From the human T2T-CHM13v2.0 reference genome, Homo sapiens, in the NCBI RefSeq assembly GCF_009914755.1, contig NC_060927.1: a stretch of DNA of 64,000 nucleotides, one strand, 5' to 3'. The position numbers and the translations under genes are program-made. Below, one piece after another: positions 59,256 through 64,000 of the stretch. How positions within the stretch are numbered: the first letter of the stretch is position 1; each line of letters starts with the position of its first letter. The notes under the pieces were generated by a model, which saw only the letters and a program-made list of their open reading frames with translations, searched no databases and was not told where the DNA came from.

Positions 59256-60147
59256 TTAATGGAAAATATGAGTTCCTAGCTTCTTAGCACGGGTTTTATA
59301 CAATAATTCAATATTCATTTACAAAGTATCAAAGCATGTTTGAGCATAGGGGACACTTTAGTGTATTAAAACATGGCAATCTATTACTTCACTTTTGGGA
59401 CCAAATATTTTTTGTTTCTGTGTATTTTCTAATGCTGTCTCATAGACTTGACTAATTTTTTCTCTGCATTTCCCCATGATCCAAAGAATTTCTCAAAGCT
59501 TCTGTTAGTCCCTCAAATAAAAACAGTTCTTTCTCTGAAATTTCATAGCGTTATTTCTGCCCCTGTGCTTCTTTGAAGACACTTTTATTTCCTTCTTGTA
59601 TTAAATCTGTTTATATTCCCCTCTTATGCAGCTCTAATGTCTATTGGAGATGTGAATAGTTGATTGAATTTTTTAATATTAATAGTAACCAAATGAGTAT
59701 TTTATATATAGCAGGAGTCCAAAATTTGTGTTGGTAAATAAATAAATTAACATCTGGATGTTTTATGTTTGTTATTACTTGAAGGCACAAAGACAGAATA
59801 AGGGGTGTTTTCATAATTTTTCAGAATAGTTTATTAGAAATAAAATTTTACACATTGTATAAATAAGACGTCTCAGTATTAAAGAGTAAAGATATTTACT
59901 TGTCCCTCAACTCATGGTTATTTCAAATGAATTTTGTTGGAATTTAAATGTTACATAACATTACTTCTCATATTGTCTTCATTGTTTTGTAACAACAGAA
60001 TCAGTTTTAGTATTATAAATAATAACTTCAAAGAAATAAATGACATGTCATCTACTTAACGATAGTTGAATCCGTTTTCTTGAGTTTTCCTTGTGTTTGA
60101 CATAGCAGACCCACAAAATATACCTTTTTTTAAAGAATACATGTCTT

Positions 60148-60425
60148 GGTCGGGTGAGGAGGCTCACACCTGTAATCCCAGCACTTTGGGAGGCCGAGGC
60201 AGGCATATCACCTGAGGTCAGGAGTTTGAGACCAGTCTAACAACCATAGTGAAACTCTATCTCTACTAAAAATACAAAATTTGCTAGGCATGGTGGCGCA
60301 TGCCTGTAATCCCAGCTACTCGGGAGGCTGAGGCAGGAGAATTGCTTGAACCCAGGAGGCAAGATTGCGCCATTGCACTTCAGGCTGGGCAACATGAGTG
60401 AAACTCGATCTCAAAAAAAAAAAAA
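60148..60425 (+). mobile_element. AluS with a small right-arm deletion
   Basis: 16-bp TSD aaagaata(c/a)atgtctt at 60132-60147 and 60426-60441; lacks the gaggttgcagtgagc segment. Confidence 0.95.
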
Positions 60426-61772
60426 AAAGAATAAATGTCTTTAATGCTGAAATTGTGCATGTGATACTAATGAGATTGTTTCTAAATAATTGAAGAAGTT
60501 AATAATTGCAGTTTAAATCAAAATGTACACCATTAAGTATATGATGTTACTACCCCTAAAAGTAGGATATAAAATATTTAAATCATCATGTGGCTCGCAC
60601 AATGTGAAACCCAAACAATCCCATGGAAATTTGTTGATCAAATAATCATGGATTTTATTCAAATTCTCAATTTTAAACATTTGTCTGATGTAAAAGCAAA
60701 TGTTCTGATGTTTGAAAAATAAAATAATTTTTATCCATAAATTAACTTGTGTCTGTAGCATCAACAACTTGTTAATCTTAAGCCAAATGTATTGCATCAT
60801 GAAACTTGAAATAGTCAGCAGCAGAAAACTGTAATATTTGCAACTCTCCCAACGAGTAACCATGTGGAGCCTGAACAATTGTACTGCTAGTACAAATGGG
60901 GTACTTTTCTGAATATCTGAATTGTGGTTTCATTACTTAAGATGGCAACCTAAGTTGAAACTCATGTTTTTTTTTCTTTTTTCTTTATTGGTTTATTGAT
61001 CTGTATAAAATAAATATGAAGGCAAGAGTAAAAAACAGCAACATGAATAATAGATAGTACAATATTGGCAAGAAAGGCTAAAATTTGTGATCTTTGACCA
61101 TTGTTCCACTAAACTTACTTACCTACTTTGTTATGATACTTAACAAGTTACTACTAAATTAAATTTAACCTATTATTGGAATATCGTTGGGTGAATATGT
61201 CAGTTCTATCTAACCTTTCTATTTTATTTCTAATACAAAGAAGAAACAAATTAATAGCTCCTATTTATATCATCTATCTAATAAGCATTTTATAAAACAC
61301 ATTTCTCTGTGAAAAAATACTAATTGATCATCTCTTATTCATAGATATGAGTTAAATAAAATATAGCATAAGGTTAATTTGTAATCTTGCTTAACTAGTT
61401 AACAACTAAACCAGAATGAGGGAGAAAGAAAGACATATCACTTTTAACAATGCAAAATTTTTTGATTTAATTTGAAAAAAATCAAATAGTTTATTCTACC
61501 TCAAAATTAGAAAATATAGTTGTATTTCTCTCAATATAAAGTTATTTCCTGTCAATTATCTTTATTTATTATGTAATTTTTATGCATTTGTAAAGTTTTG
61601 GAAATCTTTTCCTAAAATAATAACATTATAAGTTATATTGAAACTCATGCTAATATATTTGAGTACTCTCTGTTGCTTAAAATAATCATTTGAACATGTG
61701 GGTTATGTTTGCAAAAACAAACAACTCATGGAAAATGAAGATCCTTTAAAAATATATCACAAAAATAATTTT

Positions 61773-61908
61773 CTCTCTCCTTTTTTTTAATGAAGACAAG
61801 ATCTGCTTTTGTTGGCCAGGCTGGTCTTGAACTCCTGGGACTCAAGCTATCCTCCACCTTGGCCTTCCAAAGTGCTGGAATTACAGGCATGAGCCATGGC
61901 GCCCAGCC
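61773..61908 (-). mobile_element. Free left Alu monomer (FLAM-like)
   Basis: Single monomer with T-rich head; degenerate TSD cacaaaaataatttt/cacagaagaaatttt. Confidence 0.85.
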
Positions 61909-62260
61909 CACAGAAGAAATTTTATTGGCTTCATTTCCTCTCCAAATACTAATATCATTCAAGATATTTTAAGAAGTCATTTGCCATGACTCCATTCTGT
62001 CTACTCTGTTTAAACACATCAACATGGTACTTTTATTTTCTCTTTTTCTGGCTTACCTATTTAACTATCTTGGCAGTTTGATATGGATTTTATATCTCCA
62101 AGTATCAAACACACCAATAATATCCTTGTTCTGTTTTTCTGGTTGCTGTTTTTAAAACGTTTAATATGTTAAATATAAGGATACCTTATATTTACTCTAT
62201 GTAAGTTTCATACTAGTGATTTAAAAAGTTTAGTAACTTTTGTTTAATGTATATTATATA

Positions 62261-62834
62261 CAGTAGTGCCCCCTCATCTGTTTGGAATACATTCCAAAAT
62301 CCCCAGTAGAAGCCTGAAATGAGGATAGTACTGAAATCTAAACAAATGCTCCCTGACTTAACTATGGTTGAAATTATGATTTTTTGACTTTATGATGGGC
62401 TTATCAGGGTATTTTTGACTAATGATATTTTTGATTTATAATAAATTTGTTGGGATTATAATTTGAGGAGCCCCATCATAATTTGAGGAGCATACGTATA
62501 AACTATGTTTTTCCTTATAGATGCATACCTGTGATAAGGTCTAATTCATAAATTAAGTACAATAACAATAAAATAGAATAATTATAACAATATACTGTAA
62601 TAAAATGTATGTGAATGTAGTCCCTCTTTCTCACTGTCTCCAAATATCTTATTGTATCAAGACAGCTAGTAAGTGACTAAAAGGTGGGTAGTGTATACAG
62701 CATAGGTAGGCTGGACAAAGGGATGATTCACATCCAGTAGAGGATGGGGCAGGGTGCACCAGATTTAATCATACTACTCAGGATGGTGTGTAATTTAAAA
62801 CTTATGAAGTGTTTATTTCCGGAATTTTCCATTT
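62261..62834 (+). mobile_element. MER44/Tigger7-family DNA transposon, right end missing
   Basis: ta|cagtagtgccccctcatc, ggatagtactgaa, ctggacaaagggatgattcac, tttaaaacttatgaa..tttccggaattttccattt. Confidence 0.85.
62343..62496. mobile_element. Short MER47/Tigger5-like MITE nested in MER44
   Basis: Inverted ends caaatgctcc...ggagcatacg|ta. Confidence 0.7.
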
Positions 62835-63436
62835 GGCTTAACACTATGTATTTAGGAATATTTCCTCATCTATAAAACATTTTTTAATAAGTAGAGAGTA
62901 GTTTACCTCAAATGGAGACAAATTGTTTATAGAATCTTGAAAATGTATGCATTATGGGAAAAATACCATAAACTAGATTTTTTAAAAGGGCAAATAGTAG
63001 ATAACTTAGGTCTAGAATATTTGGTAAAATTATATATTATAAATTATATATTTGCTATTGGGACTGCACTCATATATGAGTTATGGAGAGTCTGTCCATG
63101 CTTCTTTTGTGATGAAATGTGATGCATTTGGATGGAGCACTACTCAGAGGACATACTAGAATTTATTAAAATGTAGGACTGAATTCTCAAAATGAAATAT
63201 TACATAAAAGAAAAAATCCTTATTTAATATGGCTAGAATCCCTCTTCCAACTCCCCAATATTTATATTATAAACTGGAAGATTATATTTTATTTACTAAT
63301 TACTCAGATATACATTTGATTTTTTCTAAATAAAATTTAAAACTTTGGGGGTCTTTGGGCCTATAAATATTTAATTCAAAAATTGATTAATTCATTAACT
63401 AATACAGTATTCAGAAAAAATTCAGATTATTTTCTA

Positions 63437-63656
63437 TCTGCCTCCTGGGTTCAAGCAATTCTTCTGCTTCAGCCTCCAGAGTAGCTGGGACTACAGGCAC
63501 CCACCATCACACCCAACTAATTGTTTTTGTATTTTTAGTAGAGACGGGCTTTCATAACATTGGCCAGGCTGGTCTCAAACTCCTGACCTCAGGTGATCCG
63601 CCTGCCTCAGCCTCCCAAAGTCTTGGGATTACAGGTGTGAGCCACCACTCCCTGCC
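63437..63656 (-). mobile_element. Partial AluS lacking its 3' end and tail
   Basis: Starts abruptly at tctgcctcctgggttcaagc. Confidence 0.92.
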
Positions 63657-64000
63657 ATCGATGTAGGTAATTTTTCATGGTAAAATGTTTATATGATTCT
63701 AACTAGTGATTAGTGTATTAACTAGTGTACTATATTAGAATGCAAACATTTACCATTATTTTCCCAGGATATAGCATAGAGCAAGTGACACTGATGGCAA
63801 AAATTATTTTTTAAGCAATTATATAATATACAAAATGATAATAATCTTAAAATAATATGTGATTAAGACATGATGTATGGGCCCACGTGTTTTCTTATCA
63901 GAATACTTTCATACCATAGAGTAAAACTGGCACTTGTGTGTGTGATTCTAGTAAAAATTAAACAGAAAGAGAACACACAGGATTAGTTTAAATGACACTC

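Noticed and set aside
60513-60878. 121-aa ORF in unique sequence
   Set aside because: AT-driven composition, non-ATG start, no recognisable motif.

Overview
AT-rich primate (human-like) genomic DNA, intergenic or deep intronic. No host protein-coding exon, intact RNA gene or CRISPR array can be supported, and the ORF track is explained by Alu, L1, ERV and low-complexity sequence. The main elements are a near full-length decayed L1 (13312-20029, +) and two complete, coding-defective ERV1-class proviruses in opposite orientation: MER57-like (27087-33708, +, tRNA-Leu PBS) and LTR8/HUERS-P1-like (46701-54232, -, tRNA-Pro PBS). The rest is about 14 Alus, solo LTRs, DNA transposons (Tigger3, MER1A, MER44/MER47) and old L1M/L2/MIR fragments. 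The most notable observation is a decayed tRNA-Glu(TTC)-like cassette (A box, anticodon loop, B box, T-run) at the homologous internal position of both proviruses. Also notable are a second polypurine tract followed by a foreign LTR-like fragment inside the MER57-like provirus, an ORF1 segment copied into the L1 ORF2 endonuclease domain, and a locally templated 170-bp insertion. Repeat family names come from recalled consensus sequences, not from a database search.
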